This document shows, piece after piece, positions 1 to 11,650 of a stretch of 64,000 bases of DNA (positions are counted from its first letter, which is position 1; each line of letters opens with the position of its first letter). This DNA comes from Squalus acanthias (lineage: Eukaryota): contig CM059431.1 in assembly GCA_030390025.1 (NCBI GenBank), forward strand, positions 109,370,001-109,434,000, given 5' to 3'. The notes beneath the pieces were generated by a model, which saw only the letters and a program-made list of their open reading frames with translations, was not told the DNA's origin and made no database searches. The translations under genes were made by a program, and so were the position numbers.

Positions 1-507
1 TTAAAGAACAATAGCTGTAAGACCTGCCCAGAGGCATGTACATTTCTGAGGATGCTGCACAGATCTGATTTTTAATAACTATGAAATACTGTCTGTGTAA
101 GCTAACAAACAGAAATACAGTCTCTTCAATTACAGCTTGTCTGGGATACCTATTTGCAGGCTGTTCATCCGTTACCTCATGAGCTGCATTTGCCCTCTGA
201 AATGCAGCCCTGTGATTGAGGCCCATGGTTTTAATGGTACTTGCATCAGAATTTAATGGTTTGTTGCTAATAATCAAAGCAATGTTTACATCATTGTCCT
301 TCGGCGCAGATGGGTTTTCATTTTGTTTCTAAGAGGGCAGCGTGGAGCATGCGGAAGTCACAGGTGATAAATCAAAGCTTCTGAGTTCCTCCCTAAATCA
401 GCAGCTCTAATCTTTGCCTGTTCCTCCAGGGTTCACCTTATGGAATGCATAGAGGATAGATGCATGTCTGCAAAAACAGTGGGATACAGCTTCTTAGATC
501 TCACAAC

Positions 508-808
508 CTGCGCTCCTCTAATTCTGGCCTCTTGAGCATCCCCTGATTTTCATCGCCCTACCATTGGCGGCCGTGCCTTCAGCTGCCTCGGCCCCAAGCG
601 CTGGAATTCCCTCCCTAAACCTCTCCGCCTCTCTCTCCTGCTTTGAGACGCTCCTTAAAACCGACCTCTTTGACCAAGCTTTTGGTCACCTGTCCGAATA
701 TCTCCTTATGTGGCTCGGTGTCAAATTTTGTTTGGTAATCGCTCCTGCGTAGTGCCTTGGGATGTTAAAGGTGCTTATATAAATACAAGTTGTTGTTGTT
801 GTTGTTGT
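508..808 (+). mobile_element. L2-clade LINE 3' end fragment
   Basis: Ends ...CTGGAATTCCCTCCC...AAAACCGACCTCTTTGACCAAGC...ATATAAATACAAG(TTG)n. The same sequence recurs at 1946-2335, 33328-33645 and 59471-59946. Confidence 0.8.
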
Positions 809-1007
809 AGGTGACGACATCACAAGTGGAATAAACGTGGCATGCCACGCCTCTGTCATTGTGGATGCTGTTTAAACCAGAGGTACAAATGGAGGCCTAC
901 AAATTACCACAAAATATATTACTTTGGCTTGGTACTATTTTGGCTTCTTTTCGATGTTTATTTTTTAGGATAGCATAGAAAGAGGAAGCTGTTATAAGGA
1001 ATTACAG

Positions 1008-1220
1008 TGACCATGATGCGGAGATGCCGGTGTTGGACTAGGGTGGACAAAAGTGAGAAGTCACACAACACCAGGTTATAGTCCAACAGCTTTATTTGAA
1101 ATCACAAGCTTTCGGAGCGCTGCTCCTTCGTCAGGTCACCTGACGAAGGAGCAGCCGCTCCGAAAGCTTGTGATTTCAAATAAAACTGTTGGACTATAAC
1201 CTGGTGTTGTGCGACTTCTC
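1008..1220. mobile_element. Penelope-like element remnant (inverted pseudo-LTR palindrome with hammerhead motifs)
   Basis: Arms 1055-1136 and 1138-1220 are near-perfect inverted repeats. A 12-bp TSD AAGGAATTACAG lies at 996-1007 and 1221-1232. The element contains CTGACGA-stem-GAAAGCTT. Confidence 0.8.
1136..1173 (+). ncRNA. Minimal type-I hammerhead ribozyme motif (Penelope-type); mirror copy on minus strand ~1101-1139
   Basis: TCAC-CTGACGA-A-GGAGC(AGCC)GCTCC-GAAA-GCTT-GTGA shows the core CUGANGA and GAAA, stem II GGAGC/GCTCC, stem I TCAC/GTGA and a palindromic AAGCTT stem III. Confidence 0.7.
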
Positions 1221-1945
1221 AAGGAATTACAGGACAGATGTTTTTCAGCACTTTATATTCGGGGACCTGTGATATAAAAGTGAACACCTAATAAAAACAT
1301 TTCTGCTGAAGAAATAGGTTTAAAAAAGTAAATCCATTTTCTAACTGTAACTATGAAATGCATCCCTACTTCCGAAATATTTCCTCACACAATTGGCTTC
1401 TATTTTTGGTAAAAAAATACTTAATTTCTCTTCCCTGCCCCACACATCTCTGTCTCCAGGGCATCATGTGTAGACAAGCAACACACTCCAAAACTTAGAA
1501 ATAAAATTTAAAACAGAATGGCACACACTGGAAAAATCTCAAATGAGAACAGAAAATGATGGAACTAGGCAGCTGGGCAGTGGTAAAGAGACTAAACAGG
1601 ATATTGATGTTTTGGGTGTGTCTCCCTTCAGGGTACATACCCAATATATCAATAGCCGGTCTTTTCTCCTTACAGGTGCTGACTGACCTGCATGTCGTTC
1701 CAGTATTTTTGTTTTTATTCCAAGATTTATACTAATGTTGCTTTGTAACTGGTCACTGGGAGAGGTACAAGAGGAGTGTGAGTTGATTCTCTTTAAAATC
1801 ATCCTTCATCTTGAGAAGAAGCACTTGGTCTCCATGATGATATAGCTGAGATTCGTAACTCTGTGTGTGTGTGTGTGGGGGCGGGGTGGGGTGTTGGTGG
1901 GCGAATATGGGGAGTGGGGAACTCACAGATAGCATCCTATGTCAT

Positions 1946-2335
1946 CAACAACAACTTGCACTTACATAGCGCCTTTAACATAGCAAAAAGGTCACAAGGC
2001 ACTTGACAGGAGCAATTATCAAACAAAATTTGACACCGAGCCTCATAAGGAGACATTAGGACAGGTGACCAAAAGCTTGGTCAAAGAGGTAGGTTTTAAA
2101 GCTGGAGCAAGAGGTAGAGAGGTGAAGAGGCTTAGGGAGGGAATTCCAGAGCTTAGGGCCGAGGCAGCTGAAGGCACAGCCACCAATGGTGGAGCGATGA
2201 AAGTCAAGGATGCGCAAGAGGCCAGAATTGGATGAGTGCAGAGATCTCGGAGGGTTGTAGGGCTGGAGGAGGTTACAGAGATAGGGAGGGGTGAGGCCAT
2301 GGAGGGATTTGAAAGCAAGGATGAGAATTTTAAAA
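1946..2335 (-). mobile_element. L2-clade LINE 3' end fragment
   Basis: Reverse complement of the 508-808 family, with a (CAA)n tail at 1946-1955. Confidence 0.8.
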
Positions 2336-2565
2336 GAGTCCTATGCCTCTGTGGCATAGCCTGCACCAAGGTGCCACTCACTTCTTCCTACTTTGATTGT
2401 ACATCTAATTATTTTTTAATTCTACACTTCCAGGACAGTAAGAAACTTTGTTCCTCTGCTACTCTTCGGTGGGAGGTGTGGCCCTGCAGGAGAGTATTGG
2501 TCCTGTTAACTTTTTCCACTCCCCTTCCCTTGCCCCAACTTGAAGGGTCTTGCTATCATTTCTAG

Positions 2566-2800
2566 CTCCCCGGTGTCCTGGCCAATATTTATCCCTCAAC
2601 CAACATAACAAAAACAGATTATCTGGTCATTATCACATTGCTGTTTGTGGGAGCTTGCTGTGCGCAAATTGGCCGCCGCATTTCCCACATTATAACAGTG
2701 ACTCCACTTCAAAAGTACTTCATTGGCTGTAAAGCGCTTTGAGACGTCCGGTGGTCATGAAAGGCGCTATAGAAATGCAAGTCTTTCTTTCTTTCTTTCT
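2566..2800 (+). mobile_element. DeuSINE (SacSINE1/AmnSINE1-like) 3' half
   Basis: CCCCGGTGTCCTGGCCAATATTTATCCC...GTAAAGCGCTTT...AAGGCGCTATAGAAATGCAAG(TCTT)n matches the full copies at 3543 and 15635. Confidence 0.8.
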
Positions 2801-2893
2801 AAGTACCAACAATACTTGCCCAATGAGATCCCTGCTCTTCCAGTTCTAGCTGAAGTCACATCCTTTGTATTCTGCTCTCTAGCTTCAGCTAAC

Positions 2894-3275
2894 TAGGGTC
2901 GCCAACTCTGGTTGGACATATTCCTGGAGGTTTCATCACATGACCCCCCCCACTCCTCCAACCACACCGCCCCACGCAAACACCATTGGCCGTCGATCCT
3001 CGCGGTGCCCCACCTTCCCAAGCCTAAATGAAAAGCAAACAGACTCTTCATTCCCCAATTGGGTGATTCTCGACTGTCAGTCAAACAGTCTCCCACCCAA
3101 CTCCAATATTTTTTTTTACAACTAATAAACGAAAGTGCTCAAAGAAAATGAAAAGGAAACACATTTTTCTTTAGTGCCCCTGTGATTTTTCTCCCAGGTT
3201 GCTTGCAGCAGCGTCCAGGAGATTAATGTTGATTCCTGGAGACTTCAAGGCAATACCGGAGGGTTGACAACCTTA
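2894..3275. mobile_element. Non-autonomous hAT-like DNA transposon (MITE)
   Basis: TIRs TAGGGTCGCCAAC...GTTGACAACCTTA with degenerate 8-bp flanks CAGCTAAC/CTGCCAAC. A second copy in opposite orientation lies at 39639-40002. Confidence 0.7.
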
Positions 3276-3542
3276 CTGCCAACAGCAAACCACAGGTAAA
3301 ACAAGTCCCGCTAAGTATTCTTTGCATTAACTACAAATCGGGCTACAAGCTCATTCCTTTGAAATGTGAACAGCAGATTTATACAACACACTGTAGTATG
3401 AATGTGCTGTGCTGTGAAGCAACGGGACTCAAGTTCTTTCCCCCCAAGCCAGTAAGTTTCCAATCGTGCCAGTGTCACCATGAGGAGGACATGGGGGAAA
3501 AAAAACCAGAAACAGTCAATTCTAGGGACCATTGTCATGTAG

Positions 3543-4030
3543 TGTCAGCTGTGGCTCAGCAGGTAGCAGGCTCAGCAGGTAACACACGCACCTCTGAGTC
3601 AGAAGGTTGTGGGTTCAAGTCCTACTCCATGGAATTTGAGCACATAAATCTAGGCTGACACTCCCAGTGCAGTGCTGAGGGAGTGCTGCACTGTTGGAGG
3701 TGCCGTCTTTCATTTTGATTAAACCCAGGCCCTGTCTGCTCTCTCAGGTGGACGTAAAAGATCCCACGGCACTATTTCGAAGAAGAGCAGGGGAGTTCTC
3801 CCCGGTGTCCTGGCCAATATTTATCCCTCAACCAACATAACAAAAACAGATTATCTGGTCATTATCACAGTGCTGTTTGTGGGAGCTTGCTGTGCGCAAA
3901 TTGGCTGCCGCGTTTCCCACACTACAACAGTGACTACACTCCAAAAGTACTTCATTGGCTGTAAAGCGCTTTGGGACGTCCGGTGGCCGTGAAAGGCGCT
4001 ATAGAAATGCAAGTCTTTCTTTCTTCTTTC
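3543..4030 (+). mobile_element. Full-length tRNA-headed DeuSINE (SacSINE1/AmnSINE1-like)
   Basis: Pol III A box (TGGCTCAGCAGGTA, tandemly duplicated) and B box (GGTTCAAGTCC), a Deu-like core (GGTGCCGTCTTT...AAAGATCCCACGGCAC...CCCCGGTGTCCTGGCCAA), and an L2-like tail with (TCTT)n. Confidence 0.8.
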
Positions 4031-5663
4031 ATTGTCCACTAGCCAGTTCAAAGCGGCCCAGCTGCTCAGTCACAAACCAATGCATGTTCCAGAGAGAAAA
4101 AAATAAAGATGATGTTTACCCTCAAATAAAAATAAATAAGTATATCATGAATGGAGATTGATATTTGCATGAGATTCAATCTGTTGTTCATTTATTTAGT
4201 ATCAATTTCATTTTAACTTGAATGCTTTTGGTTTACATTTGAACTTCCGTAATATTCATCAATTCGGCTGGTACAAATTTGCACACACGCACACAATAAA
4301 AGGTTTATTTTGTGCCTGTTTAAAATGGTGTGTCATTTAATGTTAATGCCTGAACACCACCAGTCAGACTTGTTTTCTTTGTTAACTGACGATTTCAGCT
4401 ACAGCACGCCAATAATTTCCATATGAATTCACTAGTGTTGCAATTGTCTTGCTGAGAAAAACAAAGAGCTTAATACTCCGGTCTGTGTCTGGTCTCAGCT
4501 GCTGCGAGGTGATCTGTTGCTTCGTACAGTAATCATATTCTGCAGTGCCATGTCTGCGCATCAGCATTTTTAAGATCAATTCAAGCTCCGTGTAACAGAT
4601 GGTTTCAAGTTTAGGCTTAAAGCAGATTGATCTGAATCCCTATCTGCCCTAGGTCCAACTCGGTGTGGATAAATCTAATTCAGATCAATTTAAATCAGTT
4701 TAAAATGATAGCCAGCACTGAATTCATTTCATTTGCTCAGACGGTGTCACTTTGGGTTTTCCTTGTTGTGCTGAGACACCATGTTGCTCGTGGTGACTAA
4801 GCTAAAAAAGTAGGTGTGAATTCTTCAGTGTTATTATGAAGAGGTTATTATTATTTTTAAAAATGGGGTGTTGGTGATTCCTTGCAAATGAGTAGCTTGT
4901 TCACCTCTAAACATCGTTTTCTCATCCAGCATATTCGCTTAACAACAATTCTCAATAATAATATGGAATTGGGCCTAGCAACGAATCTGCTCAGCATCCT
5001 TTCAGGGAACTCTGTGAGCAGACAGTCTACCTCACAAGATCTACTTTGGAAAATGGGCAATGTGACAATGGACAGCTGATCTGCCACAGCACAACTTGTT
5101 TATCCCACAGCAATCTCGCCCAATGGTGCCGTTACAGACAGTAAGCTTGCAGAAGACATAGAATTGGCTTGCAAGATTTTTTTTTGCGAGAGAGAGAGAG
5201 AGCAGGTCCTGTCACCCTTGGATGCCAGATGCCCAAATGGCAGCTTTCAACACGTGTGATGTTTTCTGTCATACCTTCCTAAATAACTTCCTCTACACTT
5301 CCAATCCTATTACAAAGCAGACGAAAACTGGGGACCATAGGAAATTCCTGAATATGTAGTTCCAAAAAAGGTTTTTATATTTACTACAGTATAGATACAT
5401 AAGTGCAGTCCTTAAGTATTCACAACTGTGAAAAGACAATAAGAAATTCTCTCAGACAGCGACACACTTTCTGAATTTCTTACAAAGAAGGAATACAGTC
5501 GATATAAAGTATTGCCCTAAATGACACCTACACCTTTGCTCCCTGGCAAATATTGAACAAATGTTTCTGAAGAGCTTTACGTATTTTAGAGAAAGGTATT
5601 GAAATGATTTGTTTGGGGGGTGAGGGAACGAGAGTGTTACTATCCAGAAAGAAGCATTTGCCC

Positions 5664-6070
5664 TGCTCCCTCAATGGCTCAGCGACTTTATCCAGTGGGT
5701 AGCTGAACCGTATAGGGCGGGAAGATCCCAGATTTGATCCCTGAGTTAGCCAATCTCAGTTAGGACAGCAGTAGGAATGTTACAGTTGGCCGCAGTATGT
5801 TCTAGTTAAGAAGGGGTGGAAATCAGCCAAGATTTCTACTCCTGACTGTTATCCAGGGGCCCCTGCTGGAAGCGTACACATGTGGGTGTTGGGGGAGGTC
5901 GAGACTGAGCTCAGCTGTGGTGTCAGTGCCCTCTCTCTCCACAAATGAATAGACTGCCAACACTTTCTACCTATCCTCAGAAATGAAGAATCACCCATTG
6001 GATAAGACTGTCTGGAACCATACGGCAGCAAGGAGTCAACTCTTGCAGGAATGGAGGGGAAGAGGGAAAA
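5664..6070 (+). mobile_element. Old tRNA-derived SINE, AmnSINE2-like
   Basis: GGCTCAG head, then GAGTTAGCCAATCTCAG, AAATCAGCCAAG, ATCCAGGGGCCCCTGCTGGAA, GAATAGACTGCCAACACT and ATGAAGAAT. A related copy lies on the minus strand at 47195-47468. Family name is from recalled consensus. Confidence 0.55.
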
Positions 6071-6576
6071 CAAAAAGGAAGCATTTGCTCTTCTATTTCC
6101 ACCCCCATTTTAATTATGCGACTCATCCCGGTAATATTTCCTCCGCTGCTGCCCAATGCTCCATCTAGCAGCCAGCCAAGAATAGACAGCATACTGGTTG
6201 AAAGAAAGCAGAGTTTGAATGATAGCCGTGCCTTCGATTCAAATTCATGACCCTCTTGTTGGGCGTTCAACGTTCTACCATTACAGCTACTGGACGATGA
6301 GCACCCCTCTCATTTCACTGGAAAGAGAACTCATTGAATCCGACACTTACAGCTATTTGTGGGGCCCTGTTCTGTTCTGCACAGTTTGAACAATGTTTAT
6401 ATGACAAAATGAGGAAGATTATTCACGGTGGTCAATGGTCATGTTTAAAGCTTCTTTTACCCAGAACCCAAAAGTAATGTGAAACTCACAAATCATAGCC
6501 AGGCTATTGGAAATCAGACTTGGGGAGTGGAGAGTCAATTTAGAGAAATTGATATTAAATACATCACATTTGGGAT

Positions 6577-6710
6577 TAAGAACATCGGAAATGGGAGCAG
6601 GAGTAGGCCATGCGGCCTTTCGAGCCTGCTCTGCCATTCAATAAGAGCATGGCTGATCTTTTACCTCATCTCAACTCTACCTTCCGGCACTATCCCAATA
6701 TCTCTTGAAT
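6577..6710 (-). mobile_element. CR1 LINE 3' tail fragment
   Basis: GGAGCAGGAGTAGGCCAT...GAGCCTGCTCTGCCATTCAAT...CATGGCTGATC is the reverse complement of the CR1 3'UTR at ~62350-62432. Confidence 0.7.
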
Positions 6711-7331
6711 GGAAGAGTGAAAGTCTTAGCAGGGGAAGGAGCCCTGAACAATTTCTCCAATCTCAGCTGTATTTGGCCTTTTTCTATTGCTCGACATTAT
6801 TTTTGTGTTTAGACAACACAGATCAAGGAAGTCATTGACAGCAGGCAGCAGTTATAATTAAACTAACAGTGCAGCACGTTTCATTAAAAGAAATAGGAAG
6901 CAGACCATATTGAAAACAGGTTTCTGTTTTTTTTAAAAAAAAACTTTAAAATATTGTTCCCATGTTTACAAATGTAGCAAATGCAGTTCCCCTCTTTAAA
7001 ATGGACTGGATTTCTTTTTAAACCTCAGCATCTCTGTCATGTAATACCACAGCTTGGACATTATAGAGCAATAGACATGACCAGTAGTCTCAAAACCAGG
7101 CTCCAAAACAAGGAGCAATCCACATATTAGTAACTTTTTGAAGACTGTACTTTATGCATCACAGTAACTTTCCCCCACGGTAAACTACAAACTGATTTAT
7201 GTGCTACAGCTCTGGTCAGCAACTCGCTGCGTTCACAAGGTAGTGTTGTGGAGCGAGTAGGCCTGTGGCTCACGACCTGAATGAGTTGCGTCCTTGCCCC
7301 CCTCGGTGGTGAAGCCCTCCCCTGTCATGTG

Positions 7332-7350
7332 GTGCTCCATCTAGTGGCCC
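7332..7350 (-). promoter_or_regulatory. Candidate CTCF site
   Basis: The minus strand GGGCCACTAGATGGAGCAC closely matches the CTCF core CCASYAGRKGGCRS. Motif match only. Confidence 0.35.
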
Positions 7351-10300
7351 ACTGGAGGTTTGCTGGACTTGGCCAGTGAGAGCAGGTTGGGCTTGGATGT
7401 CAGGATTGTAACTCTTAAAAAGCTCAACCAGTCTATCGTGAACAGCTATCAGACCACCCATGGAAAGCTGTCATATCTTCAAAAAATAAAGAAACAGCAA
7501 CGGTTTATTACAATAAGCCACTGCCTCTTTAAAAGGCTGCAAATAAATGAAGAGAATATTATTCTTAACAAAAAAAAGCTGATAAAAAAATGTGCCAAAT
7601 TTTAAGATCAAGTAATTTTCACTTCTATCCCACAACAAAGTGCTGAAATCTAACAGATATTTCTTCTTTCCTTTTTTTTGTCTCATTTGCCTTTGGAGTA
7701 GATTTAGCACAAATGTTGCCGAGAGCTGTCAGCCACCTGCAATGTATTTTCATTCTCTCAACGTTAAAGTGCTTTGCACAAATCGGAATTTAATAAATCA
7801 CCCTAACATCTGACAGAGTTTATCTCCAGGGGTCAGTTTGACTCCCAGCATAACCCACTGACAGTCAGAGCTGAACAGATAAGGCTTGAAATTTTAATAC
7901 ACTGAGCAGAGAGAAACAGTAAAGCATTTTACACAACCCCTTGCTCCCCGCGCCCCCCCCCCCCCCAAAAAAAGCTTCACAGAGAAAAAAAAGAAATAGA
8001 CAGAAACTGTCTTCTCTGTCACTCTAAATGATTCAAACTGGAGTCGAGAGTTTATGGGGCTTTTTTTATTTGGATAAATATTTGTACTGTTAACCAAAAT
8101 TATTTTTAAACGCGTACTGTCCTGGGAATCGTAAGCAAGGGCACAGCATTCTGTCATGATTTTTCCATGCGCGAAGCAAAGTCATGTGCTAAAGTAGTTC
8201 TTGAGCTTACATTTGAAAAAAAAAACACTTTGCTTGGCTCAATACATTTAAAGATCGCTGAAGACTATATTTATCTTCAGCCAATCGCAACTTTTCCTGC
8301 AGAATCACTTGTAATTATATTGCAGCCCAAACATTAGGTAATAGCGCTCTTAAAACAAAATCATACATATTTTAATACCAGGATAACAATTTTAGAAAAA
8401 TATCCATTATAAAATCTCCCACAGCCATTACATCAGTGCATTCCAATTCCCGTTTACATTTGCTTGATACTATTTTTTCCCTTGTCGAGCCAGTGGGACT
8501 GCTTTGATTTTGGCTGAGAATATATTTTCTCAAGTGGGTTTGTACAATAGGGTTTATCATTTTCCCAAGCAATTCTCCTCATACCACAAATGGAAACGCC
8601 ATGGAGTCTTACTCTCTTCCTTGTGTCACAGAGAGCAACAGGGATAGGGATCAAAGCACATAAACCTACACAACATCAGAAGAAAGGTAACTGTACACTT
8701 TACTTTCAAAGCAAACCAATCGAGGGTCAGGGCAACAGGTTCATTTTGTCCTCTGCTTGCTTCACTTATTAAATTACAATAATAAAACAACAGGCCAGTC
8801 CTTCTGGTGGGAAAGAAGCGACCCTGGGGTGATTTATAATCTCGTGAAACCCTGTCCACGCTGCTGACCACACTTTATATAAGGACCATATCTGTTACTT
8901 TAACTGATGTCTTCCTGCTGTGACAACACTGTGGGATGTCTGTCATCACACAAGCATTTCTGACACACCACATTATCTGCATGCACTGCTCTTATGTTAT
9001 TTCAACTTAACACAAAAATAGAAAGACAATTATATGAGATTTCCATTAGCTGGCGTATAATGATGACTAAGCAGAGGAGAGCTGACAAATAGTCATTTCA
9101 GAGAAGGCCCAATTCAGTTTATTCCATTGTTTTCAAAAGAAACACTGAACACTGCTAAAACGAATCGGATTTTCACCTTTCAAAAAAAGTTCCACACGAT
9201 GAACGTAAGACTGAACACCTCAGTCTGCAAAGTTCATCTCAGAGCAAGTTTGGGCTCGACTCTGAGGTAAATTAAGTTTGGCAGAATAAACCATCCATAG
9301 TGGTAATACACTGGTATAGAAATTCACCTTCCTTCTGTGGAGTTAGTTTTAAACCAGAATCAGCACTCTGTAAATGGCGGATTTATCTAATACCAAAATT
9401 ACTATTTGATTTCCCTTCCCCCTCTCAAGATAATATGATACTCCAGGGCAGTGATATGATTCTTAAAGCGAGAGATGACAGCATCAGGAATTGAATCATT
9501 TTCAATTTTCACTTCTTCAATCAGCATCAAATGCTACAGGTGCTGATACAACACATCCAAAAATGCCTAAACCCCCCAACCTCCTGAAAATATCCACATT
9601 ACACTGGTGTAATATTTCCATTCCCCACACTATCTGTCATTATTTTCTCACTGACTAAAATTGCCCAATTTAATCAATGCTGAATCATGCATAGTGCATG
9701 TTATTGTGGATTCATAGCTATCGGGAAATGGATTGTCAATGTCCGCAATCAGTTCACTTGGGAACTTTAGTAAAGAGAAAGGGAGACTTTTGTCCTAAGC
9801 CTCAGTGATGTCCAAAGTCGGCATGAGTGAATTGATTAGCACAGAACCATGAATAGCATAGTCCAGGCCATTGCCCAATTTGAACCAAAACCAGACCACT
9901 AAAATTAACATTCTCTCACTCAATTGCAAAGTGAAAGCTTGACTCAGCTCCATGTTTTCATTTTAGTTTTGAAAAATAAATCAAAGTTTGTCAGAGTCCA
10001 AGCCTAACAAAGTGCTTGCTGTACTGGTGACATTCTACCAACCTACATAAGTTCAGATAAATTTAAATGTTGGCTCTTGACTTGTGTGTGTTTACCACTG
10101 GTGAAGTAAACCAAGTAAATAAAGATAACCTAGTTAAGTTTATCAGCCCTCCCAGCTGAACAGAGATGATATTGAGGCTGTGGAATGGGGAAGAGGAAAA
10201 CCTTAACTTTGCACAATATCAATGCTTGTATCACTAGGTTCTGTACTTTGACCCACCTAAAATAAGACCTATGTTAACTGCCTCACAATTAGGAAAGTTA

Positions 10301-11199
10301 AAAGATTTGATAAACTGTTGAACTCTTCAAGGGGGTATCACATGATCTAGATCAACAGTCGGATATTAAATTGGGCTTCAGAAAATCTGTCATATTTACT
10401 GTCATGTACTTTTGCCATTAGGCAATAACTATAAGAAAACGCTGAGAGAAGGCTGTTTCTCCCAGTGCTGTATTTGTTTTCCATTTATTTAGGCTCATTA
10501 ATTTAACGTTGTTTTCTTTAGAGCATGATTTGCCTGTCAAGTGTTTATGCAACGGAAGTTAAGAAAGTAACTTCTGCACATTTATAATTATTAGCTGCTT
10601 TGAAATCTTGTCTACTTTGATCAAGCATGGGATACCAATATGGAAAAAAGTCAATAAAAATATGCTATCATTGGTAATGGTAGGTGGAACAGGCTAGCAA
10701 AGTTTCTCAAAAATTGTCCTTCTTTATATATTATTGGCACTGAAGAGCTCAAATAAATATGGAATCTATGATGATTTTTCTTGGAAATAAGAGTCCAGCT
10801 GTATATCCAAGGAATTGAAGCATTTGGATCAGCTGTGCCTTGGGTATTTTTACAGTCCTGTTAATGCAATATAAAAGCTGCCAATTTTCTCAGCTCAGCT
10901 AAAACAACAAGCCAGGTGTTGTGAAAATTAGTCAAATTGTCATGTGACCATGACTCCTTTTACCAAAATAAACATCCTGTGGTATACCTATTTCAAAACC
11001 TCATGCGTCTTTTAGGATTTTATAATCATCTGGAATTTTATATTTAAGAACCATTCCTAAGTGATCTATTTCAAAATGCTAAGTAAAGCCAAGTAAAGAA
11101 ATTCAGGCTAGCCTCTAAGATAGAAGTGATCAGTGCAATGCCAGGGAAAGTCAAGTGAACTCAAAACTGGTCAGTTCAATCACACCAGGCAAAAATAAT

Positions 11200-11650
11200 A
11201 ATACTTGATTTTATTTAGGGTCTTATCAGATCAAACCATTTCAAAGCACTTCATGCAATTAATTACTTTTGATGTGCAATAACTGCTATTATATGGATGA
11301 ACACAGAAGCCATCTGAACCATGAGCATCCCTCCAACTGCACTGAGATGAATGACTAATTTTTTTTTGTTGGTGGTGGTATTGGTTGCAGTTGAAATATT
11401 GGCCAAGCGACCTGCTCTTTTAGAAAAAAATATAGTGGTTTAGATCTTTAATGTCCACCTGAACCATTGGAACAGAAAGACATGACCTCAGTTTAGCATC
11501 TTATCCACAGCATGTCACCTCTGATAATGCAGCATTCCCTTGGTACTGCATTACTGTGTCAGTGAGATTATAAGATCAAACTCTGAGATGGGGCTTGAAG
11601 CCATAACTTTCTGGCTCAGAGACAAGAGTGTTACTAAGTGAGACAAGGCT
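11200..11650 (-). mobile_element. Highly diverged DeuSINE copy
   Basis: Degenerate matches to the SINE reverse strand, in colinear order: GATCTTTAATGTCCACCTGA, CCTCAGTTTAGCATCTTATCC, GCAGCATTCCCTTGGTACTGCA, GGGGCTTGAAGCCATAACTTTCTGGCTCAGAG. Confidence 0.6.

Noticed and set aside
3543..3630. tRNA genes at SINE heads (also ~15635, ~32230, ~55115)
   Set aside because: The A/B boxes run directly into the SINE body, with no complete cloverleaf or terminator.
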